Shown here piece by piece: positions 13,500 through 25,353 of a stretch of DNA of 64,000 nucleotides. The translations under genes and the position numbers were made by a program. The notes beneath the pieces were generated by a model. It ran no database searches. It saw only the letters and a program-made list of their open reading frames with translations, and had not been told where the DNA came from. How positions within the stretch are numbered: the stretch's first letter is position 1; each line of letters starts with the position of its first letter. The DNA is from Entomortierella parvispora E1425 (taxonomy: Eukaryota > Fungi > Mortierellomycota), in the NCBI GenBank assembly GCA_020891255.1, contig BQFW01000008.1:1860001-1924000 (forward strand), in the 5' to 3' direction.

Positions 13500-15343
13500 T
13501 CAAAACAAGAAGCTGGCAGCAAAGTCGACATTTCCTCCAGCGGCGTCCAAAGCCGCAATGACCTCAGACCGAGAAGCGCCCAAGTTCATCAACGTTTGAA
13601 TGTTTTGTTCAGGGTGTGCTATTACAGAAAAGGAGGCATACGTGCGTGTGTTAGTCTTACATTCCAACCAGCAAGGGGATATAATCCTATCGTACAAAAC
13701 AAGCAATCTTACAGGTAGGGGCTGCGCCAGAGGCAGGTGGAACTGAAGCTGGTGCAGAAACAGCAGCAGGAGTGGGAGCAATGGTTGATGCGGTCGGTGC
13801 TGATGTTGATGACGCTGTTACTGAAGCTGCTGCACTGCTCGTTGACGCTGCTGCATCTTTGCCTTTATCAGCTCCTCCCATCGATGCCAACTCTTCAGGC
13901 GTCAATTCCGGGTTATCCTTTGCACTGCTTGGCAATTCGTGCTCGGATAGGAAGCGAATCTCCGTTCCGTTAATGATAAGAGCATCCTTTTTCAAATCAA
14001 TACAAGCCTGGTGACGCTTTAGCATGTCCAGTCCAAAAAGTAAATCGACGCCTTTGCCTTCCATGATAGTAAATGAGCATGCCAAGAAAAGGTCTTTTCC
14101 GACCCGAATCTGTGCACTGTGAACTCGTCCGAGGATCTTGGCCACACCTACACCTCGAGCAATACCGGCGAAGCGTCTGTCGACTAGTCGCATGATTCCA
14201 CAAGCCTCGGCACACTCGGGACTCACTGCGAAAGAAAAAGCAGGCGAAACAGGAAAAAAATGCAATGCGTGGGAAAAAGAGGTGAGCGACGTGGCAGAAA
14301 GAGGGATTTTTTCTTGCATGCTGTGCCAAGCACTTACTGATAGTTGCTTGGGCTCCAGAGTCGACAAAAGCTTTTACAGGGTGTCCATTGACCTCTGCAT
14401 CAATATAGAGCATGGTGACTCGTCCAAACGATTCAGGATTGTGTTCCATAGCAGCCTCCATATTTGCTGCTACATTCTCAAGTCGGATAGCTTCTTCAAT
14501 CTTTGCCTGGGCCTCCATGTCAAACGGATCTGCATTGAGGTGCTCCTGGGAAAAGAGACGTTGCCCGTTCGTTAGTGAAATGGCTTCGTTTCAGCAGAAC
14601 TGCGTTAGACTTGATGGGAAATAAACGTACAATTTGTTGCAAGCGTGCCATCTCGGCGCTTCTTCGTTGAACATCCAGTTCACGAATGATCTCGTGGAAT
14701 CGATTTGGGTTATTGACGGCGGCATCCGCCAGTTCAGGCTGTGTCTAGAGGACATTAAAAAAACAAGAGCGCGTGAGTAAACAAATAGATCGTAGGTTCT
14801 TTGTCAGGAACTGATGGCCCACATGATGGACGTCTTTTTACCTCCTGGAGTTGACGGAGTGTAGCTGGGTTGTTGAGGACATGCTGTCTGATCTGCTCTG
14901 CGTTATGGGGGTCACCGCCTCCTTGAGCAATCTGGCCTGGACGAACGGATGACGAGGCTGCAGGACCGCCGGGGATGCTGGCAATCTGCGTCCTTGGCTT
15001 CTTGCTACGTCGTCGAAGGGTCAAGATATCATCCTGGGCCACATTGTTATTTTGCAGTGTCGATTTGGGATCCTTCAGTTCGGTCTCGTTATGGAACAGC
15101 AGCTGTTCCTCTACAGGAATGTGACACTGTTCAAAGAGAAGGACAAGAGAATGAGGTTAGGCTGGTTCCACCTGCAGTGCATTGTCTCTTTGCTTGGAAG
15201 AAAGGAAGGGAGAGAAGGAAGGAGGGGGTGGAATGCGCATTTACGTCAGCTTCGAGCAGGGCCTTGATGTTCTCGAGCTCCATTTGCGAATCGACCTCGA
15301 TGGTGTGGATTTCACCGTTCTCGGTGAGGATGGAGACGCGCAT
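13500..15343 (-). CDS. DDI1: DNA-damage-inducible protein 1 (UBL, retroviral-like aspartyl protease, UBA)
   Basis: N-terminal [34 protein letters not shown]; [64 protein letters not shown]; C-terminal UBA ([17 protein letters not shown]). Confidence 0.96.
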
Positions 15344-15938
15344 TAGTTCCTGAAGGAGAGGTGAGTGTGATGAAGAAAATGGAAGTGAAGGAAAGGACAA
15401 GAAAAGGGGTGATGGAGATGGAGAGAAGAAAAGAACAGAGAAAAGAAGAGAAAAAAGGAACGAAGGCGACGCGTGTTCGCCCCTTCTTTTCGTTCTTTGG
15501 ACCCCTTCTGCCGGTCTGTCGCTGGGAAGGACAGCTTCGATTTGCACTGCACCACACACCCCACCTCCGCTGGAACACACTCCACAAGAGGACCCACCCT
15601 GGACGGATGGACGGCTGCGGGGCATTGATTGATTCGGTCGGTCGTCTTTTCTCTCGCTGCGAAGTGCCACTGTGCGAGGTGTGCAAAAGCTAAAATCTTT
15701 TGGCTGTGCGCCACCAATCTGACTATTGCATCCACTCGCATCCCTCGCTCTTGCCCTTGCCCTTGCCCTTTTCCTTCCTCACCGGTTGAAGAGTCGACGC
15801 TGGGAGACGAGGGCCGTGTGACCCTTGTGACCCTTGACTGTCCGTTGCTATTCCTTTCCTTTCCCAAACATTTCTTTCTGCCTCACCCTTCCCCACCTTC
15901 CCCTCTTTCATCAACTCGAAAAGTCCTTAATACTCAAC

Positions 15939-16503
15939 ATGTCATTCCTCTGGAAAGATGAGTCGTCCAGATTGGCTCTTCTCTTGGCCTCCTGTTTGCT
16001 GCTTGCACCGATCCTAGCCGTGGCTTTTGGTTTTGTTGATATCGAAGGTAACAAGCATGCACTTACAAAAAAGAACAAAAACTAAAACTTGCTGCGATGG
16101 TCAGACATCTTTGAGGATTAAACCTGAGTTGCCTGACAATCTTTGAATAGGCAAACCTCCTAATGGAATCGTGGTCACCCTGGCGTGTGTGGCCCATCTA
16201 CCCAGTATTATGGCTGCAGTGACTTTGAGCCCGATTGTAACCCACTTCTCATCATTCTCGTTCTTCAGCATTTGCGTTGTCGAGTTCAAGATAGTCGGTT
16301 GCACATCAGGCACTCTTTTCAGTTTGTTGTTCTATTTATTCGCCTTCATGAAGTTTTCGGAAAGGGTTTTGGGACCAAGGACGAGCATTCTAGAGCTCTT
16401 GGTTCGCCAGCGCAGCCAATATTTCGCACACGACCACGAGAATAACTTGCAAACGGTAGAGATAGCCAAGAAGGAGGAGGAGGCACAAAGGCACAACCCT
16501 TGA
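15939..16503 (+). CDS. Putative small (~153 aa) two-exon membrane protein
   Basis: Exon 15939-16047 (MSFLWKDESSRLALLLASCLLLAPILAVAFGFVDIE), GTAACA...CTGAC...TAG intron 16048-16150, exon 16151-16503 in frame with ORF 16171-16503; several hydrophobic stretches. Confidence 0.45.
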
Positions 16504-16704
16504 TAAAGACAAAGAGATGACCTACTAAAAAGACGCTCAGGCACCAGCTTGCGAACAAACTCGTGACTGCGTTTTCATTGCGTTGTTTTGATTTTTTCTT
16601 TTTTCTTTTTTTTTTTTCTCCCTCATTCAAAAGGGCATCCATCATCGCATTGCTTTGTCTTTGTTCTCATCCTCATCCATCACTCATCTCCATTCACATC
16701 CACC

Positions 16705-19177
16705 ATGGGAAAGAGAAACAGGGCTGCATTGCTGCCCACCAACATCCCTCAGCTGCAGAACCTCATCAAGCGTGATCCTCTTTCATACAAGGAAGAGTTC
16801 TTGCAGCAGTTGCGCCACTTTGAGTCCTCCAGGGCCATCTTCGAGCTCAAGCCCGAGGAACTCTCGACCGACTTTCAGGATCTGATCAACTTTATTGCAC
16901 AGGTAACATCAGCCTCCATGGTCCCACCAGGTGCACACTCTTGTTGTCATTCCTGTAATCTAAACTTTTCATTCTGTTGTATCTTCTCATCCATACAGGT
17001 CTCTCCATGCTATCCCGAGGAGACCAAGGAGTTCCCTGATCAAATCATTGCCTTGTTGTCCAAGCATTACCAAATTCTCAATGCTGAACTCCGTCGCACC
17101 ATGGTCCAGGCTTTGGTCCTGTTGCGCAACCGTGAAATGATCTCGTCCACGGCTTTGCTGTCGCTCTTCTTCACCCTCTTCCGCTGCAGAGACAAGGTTC
17201 TCCGTGATATCCTCTACAACCACATTGTGAACGACATCAAAACCAGCAACCAAAAGGCAAAGAATAACAAGATGAACAAGACCCTTCAGGGATTCATGTA
17301 CACCATGTTGACCTCGGCCGAGGGTGCCGCCGGCACTGGAAGTGAGAACGCCATCGCTGCCAAGCGCAGTTTGGATGTCTGTATTGAGTTGTACCGCAAG
17401 AACATTTGGTAATTGAGCCACCTCTCTTCTTTCTCCCCTTTGTTGTTGTGGAGTTTATACCCGAAGGGTTCATTTCCAGCGATATCACATTCTAACGTTT
17501 TTTGCCAATCCTTTTTTGATTTGATTTAGGAATGATGCCAAGACTGTCAACGTTATCGCCCATGCTTGTTTCTCGCCCGTGACCAAGATCATGGTCACAG
17601 CTCTTCAATTCTTCCTCGGCAACAACGAGGACGATGGCGATTCAGAGGACGAGGAGGAGTTGCCCGACATCAAGGCTATGCAGCACAAGCAGAACGTCAG
17701 CAAGAAGACAAAGGCTAAATCCAAGCAGATGGACAAAATGGTGGCTTCCTTGAAGAAGAAGCAGCGTTCCAAGAAAAAGGCCGAGACTTTCAACTTCTCG
17801 GCTCTTCATCTCTTGAACGACCCCCAGGGATTCACCGAGAAGCTTTACACTCACTTGGCTGGATCGCGCGAACGTCATGAGGTCCAACTCATGTTGATGA
17901 ACTTGATCTCCCGTATCATTGGTGTCCACAAGTTGACCATCCTGGCCTTTTACCCTTACCTCCAGAAGCGTCTTCAGCCTACCCAGAAGGATGTCACTCA
18001 GATCATTGCTATCACCGCCCAGGCTTCCCATGATTTGATTCCCCCAGATGTGATCGAGCCCGTTATCCAGACCTTGGCCAACAACTTTGTCACTGAGCAC
18101 TGTGCTGCCGAGGTCATGGCCGCCGGTTTGAACGGTATCCGTGAGATTGTCTCTCGTTGCCCCTTGGCCATGGAGGCTACTTTGCTTCACGATTTGACAG
18201 AGTACAAGAACCATCGCGACAAGGGTGTCATGATGGCCTCGCGCTCTTTGATCGGACTCTTCCGTGAGATCAACCCAGAGTTGCTCAAGAAGAAGGACCG
18301 TGGCCGTGCCGCCGCCATGAACATGCGCGACATGCAGCCCTCCAAGTATGGTGAGAGCAACAATGATGGTGATCTCGAGGGTCTCCAGCTCTTGGCCGAG
18401 AACCCTGATGAGAACGGCGAGGGCGATAACTGGGACGAGTGGGAGGAGGCTTCCGAGGACGAGGATGAGGAGGAGCAAGGTGGATGGATTAATGTCTCGG
18501 ATGACGAGGCTGATTTGAACATCAAGTTGTCGGACGACGAGGATTCGGGATCCGAGGATGAGGATGGCAACAAGAAGCCAAAGACCAAGCGCCTGTCAGC
18601 CAACAAGGAGCGTCGTCTGAAGAAGAAGGGTCTCTTGCCCAAGGATGAGGAGGAGACCGTCAAGGAGGAGGATGAGGAGACCAAGGCCAAGCGTGCCCAG
18701 ATGATGGCTGAGCGCAAGGAAAAGATGGCTGCTGCTCAATTGTTGGCCACGACAAAGATCTTGACCCCTGCTGATTTCGCAAAGATTGAGGCTTTGAAGT
18801 TGCAGAGACAGGCGGATCAAAAGTTGAACCCTGTCCGCTCTGGATCTGGCAAACGTCCCAACCCAGCGGATGCCGAGGCCCAGGCGGAGGGTGAGGTTTC
18901 GATCGGATCGATTATTGGACCCCGCAAGAAGGCCAAGCAGGACTATGCAGAGCGTATGGAGTCGATCAAGAACGGACGCGAGGGACGCGACAAGTTTGGA
19001 TCGCGCAAGGGATCGACCGAGCGTGGATCCAGTACCAACAAGGAGAAGGCCAAGGGCAAGAACTTTATGATGATTGCTCACAAACGCGAGGTCCGCGAGA
19101 AGAAGAAGATGAGTTTGAGAGAGAAGCAAGTCGCTTTGCATGCCCACATCAAGAAGCAAAAGATGATGAAGCATTAA
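16705..19177 (+). CDS. SDA1: 60S ribosome biogenesis protein Sda1
   Basis: MGKRNRAALLPTNIPQLQNLIKRDPLSYKEEF, IANNFV-like LANNFVTEHCAAEVMAAGLNGIREI, KGVMMASRSLIGLFREINPELLKKKDRGR, C-terminal STNKEKAKGKNFMM. Confidence 0.96.
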
Positions 19178-19370
19178 GGACCTATCCCATCTCCCTCCTC
19201 CTCTCTTTTTGTTTGTTCGTATTGTACAATAGCATTTTTATTATTTCATTCCCCCCCATTTTCATCCTCATAAACCATGTCCTCACTTGGACCAGTTCAT
19301 ATCCGATATTTGCATGTCATTATTTTGCTTGCAATGTATATTGTTTATTATTAAGGCTCTCATCATCCGT

Positions 19371-19614
19371 TCTACATGTACTACACAATCAAAAATAATA
19401 AAACAAAGTTAAATTTCTTGTCCGTTCAAGCAAGGCGATTACAAGGCATTTTTTGGTTTAAAAGTCACTTACGTCTAAAGGGATCAGCAAAATGAACCAT
19501 TTTTTCGTTAGTGGTGTGCGGGAGAAAGAGCGATGAATCAGGAGCAACGACGATGAGCACTTACAATTTTTTTTGGGTATTCCTTACCCCTTGATTGTTA
19601 TTGTTTGGGTTGCC
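19371..19614 (-). ncRNA. Candidate Fanzor omegaRNA scaffold, copy 1
   Basis: 244-nt region between the Fanzor stop and the element end, shared by both copies; position matches the TnpB/Fanzor guide RNA locus; no expression data. Confidence 0.4.
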
Positions 19615-22600
19615 CTAGGACGAGCCAGCGGCGGTTGGTACAAAGACCGAAGTCGCAGGAGCAGCTACGACCGTTGTGGCTGGCAAGAACTTGGCGGGAC
19701 GTGTTCGACCTTCCACGAACTCTTGGCAAATGAAGGCAATATTTTCGGATCCGACAGCATCGCGATCAAAGAACATGTTGCATTTGCGGCAGTACATGGA
19801 TCTGTTGTCCAGCTTCTCCAGAAACTCGTCACAGTCGCGTCTGGGGCACTTTTGGCTCGTAAAGTACTCGTGTTCCCCCACCACAATCTGTCCTAGGCCT
19901 CGAAGCTGATGATATTGATGGTATTAAAGAGCAGCAACAGTTGGTTGTTAGAATGCCGAACCAAGCTTTGACTTACAGATACATGGCCAAACAGTGCACT
20001 TACAGCTTTGACAACCTTCTTCTCAACAACCACTGCCTTCGAGGCTGGGCCTCGGCGTGTGTTGAACGTGGCCATGCCGTAGGCAAAGATGACTGTTGGT
20101 TGATCTTGACGTTTTGAGTTTGGTTTGAAACCAGCCTGGGCCAGAACAGCGCCAACCGCAAGGTCAAGGGCGGATCGCTGTGCTTTTTTGCAGTCCCACA
20201 TTTTTTTCAATAACCAACTACTATGGTAGAAGGCAAATATCACCTCGCCCACAGTTCCTGACATCAGGCTGATTTTTGCTCTGTCGTCATCACTCCTAGC
20301 GTGCGGTAGCAAGGCCTCCTGGATGTTGGAGTTCATGAAATTCAGGTACTGCACCACGTTCCCCAGCTTCCGTGACGGAGTCATCGATTCTAGGATATCG
20401 ATCAACTCCTCCTTTTTCTTCTCCCCTAAGGTTCGGCGGAATCTCCAGTATGGTTCGTATAACATCGTTCTCCTTATTTTCACGGTGTTACGAACGTCGC
20501 TACTGCCTCTCTCGATGCGGGTCGTAGCGAGGGCTACATGTTCACCAGGATCTCCTCCTATAATAATCTTGGGAGAGTTGGCCGAGTCCCATTTCAAAAG
20601 CGCGGCGTTAGGTAGCAGCTTCGTTCTCGAGGCAAGATTGCATTGATAGCCGGACTTTGTCCCCACAAGAAACGCTTGCAAGTCCTCTGGCGGGGCGAAC
20701 TCGTAACACGCGTGTTTGTCGTCCTTCTCGTAGAGGTGGCTTGAGATCGGCACAGGGGCTTTGCATTTTCCCCTCTTTCCCATGGCCCCCTCCTCGTTCT
20801 CATCCTCGTCATCGTCATCATCGTCATCGTCATCGTCATCACCATCGCCATTGCCTTCTCCGGAGCCAGCACAGGCAGCGGCAGCAGCGACCTCATCCTC
20901 ATCCTCGGGGCCAAAAGTAGGAAGCTTTTTTTTCCTCTTACGGATGGGTTTTTCCGAAAAGGTGTCGCTGGCCAAAAGTGTAAGCACCTTGCCATCACTG
21001 TGATAGCCAGTTCCGAGGATGTAACGGCGATTCGAGGTTTCGGACTGCAATTTAACCTTGTGGCAGTAGCCATCTCTGCCAGGTACTCTGCCTTCAGTGA
21101 CATGTTGAGGAGCGCGATCATAGAGGAGTGATGTCGTAAGCCATCCCTTATTATCGTTGATATAGTCTGCCCGCTGCCCCTCTTTCATGTCGTCCCCTCG
21201 TCTGGCTTTAGGAAACAGGCCTTTCAACAGGGGCTCGAAATCGAACCGGCTTATTTCCGACAGGTACTGTGGCTGAGGTTGGGTGCTTGGCGGTGGTGCA
21301 GCCTTCAAGAAGCAGTAGAGATCCTGCTCGGTCACTACCTGGTATTTCCGAGCGTTGCTTCCAAAGACGAAATCCTTGAAGATTCCTTCTTTGTTTTGTT
21401 CTTGGAACCATCTTATCGCCGGGATGTGAGCGGCACTCTCCTTCTGGTTTGCAGTCCAGCTGTCTTTTCCGTTATTAAACTAAACATATTGCCAATAGAG
21501 AAGAGTCAGTACCTTGGCACAGAAATGTTCGCTGTCACCAGCAAAAATGTACTTTGGGCAACTTACCAGTGCACACTTGTAGTGTGTTGAAAAGGCCTTG
21601 AAGACTGTTGCCTGTGTTGAACGGGTGGCTTTTGCAGGGAAGAGTTGAATCCCTCTTTCTGAATACGGAATGAAATTGGTCGTGGCCTTGTAGCGTTCAA
21701 AAATCCAACGCGCAATGAAGGCACTGACGTCCTTATGACCAGGGTTCTCGTCAACCTGGGCTTCTTCAGCCATCTCCTCTGCTTTTTTCTTTACCGCGGC
21801 TCTGGTTGATCTGGTTTGTGCACGAGTTCTCCTAGTCTGGCCGCCTCCCTCTCGTTGGGCTTGCTTTCGAATTCGTACATCCTCAGAGTTGCTGCCAGCC
21901 TCACCATAGAAAAAAGAGTGTGGGGAGAGCATAGAAAGTTGCCATTCCGGTGACAAGATCGTCCAACATAGTGTCCGGGTACTTTTCAGGAAGATCCCAA
22001 CGCTCTCTGGCCTTGACCTGAGTCCCTGCTGACACCGAGGACCACGACGAATCCTCTTGAACCTCCGTAACGGTCCGCATCTTGATGGACTGGGCCGCAA
22101 GGTTGGATGGATTGTGGATATCTTCAATGGCCAACATCAGTGCGTTGTATGTATCTTGCATGAGGAGGTCCCGCGTTTCGAGGCATGACCTGTGCCTCTT
22201 CGTAAGTTCTTTAGCAGCATTTTCTGCACCCTTGGCAGAAAAGCCCCTCTATGAGCTTCAATCGTTCGCCAACGTTTTTTTGGAAACCGCCCACTTGAAG
22301 GGCCCTCGTTTCGAACTTTCTCTTGTTTCGGTTCGCAACCTTGGTGGCCTGAGATCGATTTACTGCACCCGCTCCTTCTGGCTGCTTCTCGATGCGGTCT
22401 TGCTTTCTCTTGGTCTGCACAGGTTTCTTTTTGCGTCTCCTCTTGCTCTTCTTGTTCTTCTTGCTCTTCTGTCCGCGAGCTGCAGTAGACTGAATGACCC
22501 TGGAAATAGGTTTCGGTGGCACCCGTTTCTCCTTTGAGGAATCAATGGTAACGGTTCGCCCATTAAGAAACGTATGCCTGCCGTCCTTATCTTTCCTAAA

Positions 22601-24381
22601 TGCGTGGCCATACTGATTATGAGGTCGTTTGAATTCCTCGACCCTATTTCGTGATAGGTATCAAAAGTTTGATTAGAGTCGTGGGTCGCGATACCGCCTA
22701 GTAGAAGTATTGCACACAAGAGACCGCATTACCTTTCTGGTGGATAAAACGTTTCCCTTCGAGCCCTTCTCAGTCTGCAATAATCTTTGAATTGCAACTG
22801 AAACGTTTGCAAAAGTTCATCTGGCGACTTTTCGGGCTCTGGCAGATTTGGAAGCTGTAGAAGCGACAGTGGCGACAATGAGTCTGGCTCGTCATCTGTT
22901 GGCTCCTCCCAGAGTGGGATTTGGTCTTCATGGTCCTCGGGCTCCTCCCCGGTTTTGAGCTGACTAAGAAAGCCGAATGTTCTCAAGGAAGCTTCGAACA
23001 TGGAGACGGGAACTCTCATTTTGACGATGGCGCCAACGTCGTCACAGAACTGTGCGATAAGCTGTCGGAGACTTGCCAGAGAACCGAGGTCAGTTCCCAC
23101 ATGACCTTGCAGAGGCTGGTTTTGGAATGTAATTGACCTCAACTGGCCGCCTGACTGGGCCTCTGGCACGGCGGTGTCCACATCCATTGAAACGTCAACG
23201 TTTCTCACAGGGGTCTTGCCTTTGTCTGAACGCAAAATTGATATGCGACTTGATGAAGCCTCCGCCGCGGCATCTGCAACTAAAGCTCTGGCGTTTCTCA
23301 TAGGAGCTTTGCCTTTGTCTGACCATGGTAGTGGCTTGCGGCTTGACAAAGTCTTGGCCCTCTTCTTGGCAGGTCGTCCTTTGGTGTCTGAGTCCGTGTC
23401 TGTATAGCCAGAGTGGGAGCCTTCATCATCTGAAGTAGGTTCCTCATCGCTCAAACCGGAGTCGTTGCCACTCGATTCAGGGTCGTCGCCACTCGATTCA
23501 GGATCGTCGCCACTCGATTCAGGATCGTTGCCACTCGCGTGAGAGTTGTAACTACTCGCATCAGAGTCTTCATTCTCTGCGTCGGGCCGGATCAACTTAA
23601 GACTTCTCACCAGGCCAATGGTAGGGACATTGGAATTGTAGTCGTTACGATTGACACAACCATACACAATGAGCTCCTCGTCTCGAATGAGACCTAGGGC
23701 CTTTTTGACGTTGTCTCGGCTGTAGTGAAGGAGACCAGGTCCCTTTGGGTTGGGCCGTAAGAGGGTCTTGACACCCTGATAGAATAGGTAATCAGAGTCG
23801 ATAGACAGAACCGCTGCTTCCTTTGGTCCTTCATGCTGATAGCATTGGGTAGCGATACAAGGGTCCGTTTCAGCGCGGCAAACACAAACATCGTGTCCGA
23901 GGTGCTTCAACGCAGCCACGAGTGCATCTCTGGTCTCCAGGGTAAGTTGGCAACAAGTTCGCAGGTCCTTGTCGATACGGCCAATGACTTTGTGGGGAAC
24001 CCAACGACCTTTCTTTCGCTCTAAGACCCGAAGATTGTACTCGAGCTTGCGTGCTGCTGCCTCACGTTTCAAATGTCGCTTTAAATGAGTGGGTCCTTTG
24101 GCGGCGCTGCCAGGGGCGTCGATATGCAGGACAAATGTGACATCCTTGTCGAGATGATTGCGCCAAAGCTTGATTTTTTGGTCGATCGTCGCGGCCAGCG
24201 CAGCTATTACACCAGTAGAATCGGAGTGTCTGACGTTTGTCATCTCCCTCATCATATCTCCGTAGTGGCATGCTTTGACGTCGTAGTGGATCGTGTCGAT
24301 GCCGAGTGTGAGTGCATTGTCCACTGGCGTGTCTGACATGCCAAGCTCTCTCAGCATTGGAAAAATTCCTTGCACGCCCAT
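19615..24381 (-). CDS. XPG/FEN1-like nuclease fused to Fanzor (TnpB-like RuvC), copy 1; two +1 homopolymer frameshifts in exon 2
   Basis: Exons 24381-22733, 22643-21567, 21479-20004, 19905-19615; motifs MGVQG, ETDP, SIDSD, NDY; SDGKVL, GGDPG, FAYG, EYFTSQKC, CRKC, DRD...SENI. Confidence 0.85.
23458..23535 (-). repeat. 21-bp coding tandem repeat (~3.7 units, SG[N/D]DPES), element copy 1
   Basis: Reverse complement of the repeat at 53081-53158. Confidence 0.9.
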
Positions 24382-25260
24382 TTTCTGGAGCTAAATACAG
24401 TCCGTCGCGATCAATCAGTAAATCCATGTTTGAGAGGGGCAACATTCTGATGATTCATAGCGCTAATATCCTTACCCTTGCAGGAGAGTCAACTTTGGGG
24501 AATCCTTTCTCGAGAACGGTGCAGCTAAAGCGTGAGGTATCTGCACGTTCTGTTAGGTTCCGAGCCAACGGAAACATCAAATCGTTGCAACGTCATTTAG
24601 GGCTTTTACCTTGACTTCAGTCTTTGTACTTTTGTGGTCGGCCGTGGGCAGTAATACTGGCGGGATCTTTTGTAGGAAGAAAAAAAAAGATGGCTGTTAG
24701 CAGCTGTTAACAAAGCCCCTTCCAAGCTGTCTTGCGTTGTTCTTCGATGACAACACCTTGTACCTCTCAATCTTCACGCTTCCCGAAGAGACTTTATGGG
24801 GTCGATGGTGTTGAGAGCACAGTTTGGAGCTTCCGAGGTTGATGAATAGTACACGGTGAGATGGTAGGTGAAGTCAGGGTACGATGGGTACGATGGGGGA
24901 AAGAGTGCACGAAGCAAAAGTCGAAAAGCAAAAGGCAGCAGCCTTTCTGACAAAAGCCTGCTTATATTTATTCTAGCTTTGAGACCTCGTATTTATAATT
25001 TTTATTATTTAAAATTGTTAGACTATTATTAGTCCAATTATGGCACGCTAAAATCGCTGAGATCCGGTATCAGCAACGAGCACTACATGTTGCAAAAGAA
25101 AGAAGAAAGCATGAATAAGGGTCATCCAAAAGAGACTCTGCATTCTACTCACAGACCTACAAGTCTATCCGCAATGTTAAAAAATAAGAGCGAAAGACGT
25201 TAATGGGAGCAGCAGCGTTGCTGGGGAATAAGAAGAGGAGCAAGAGGAACGGGAGGAGCA

Positions 25261-25353
25261 GGAGGAGGAGGAGGAGGAGGAGGAGGAGGAGGAGGAGGAG
25301 GAGGAGGAGGAGGAGGAGGAGGAGGAGGAGGAGGAGGAGGAGGAGGAGGAGGA
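25261..25353 (+). repeat. Pure (GGA)31 tract at the left end of element copy 1
   Basis: Counted directly: 93 bp. Confidence 0.97.

Larger units (their letters stand above)
19371..25353 (-). mobile_element. Fanzor-carrying element, copy 1 (5983 bp including the terminal (GGA)31 tract)
   Basis: Reverse complement of 51200-57243 apart from tract length and a few differences; identity stops sharply at 19371 (t|TCTACATGTA vs g|TCTACATGTA) and at the end of the GGA tract. Confidence 0.9.

Noticed and set aside
17642-19174. Long antisense ORFs over SDA1 (and similar ones over the CDA, Slm1-like and NAF1 genes)
   Set aside because: Shadow ORFs caused by codon bias of the sense genes
19371-25353. 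RIP-type hypermutation between the copies
   Set aside because: Only a handful of differences spotted, including a transversion; no dense C-to-T pattern
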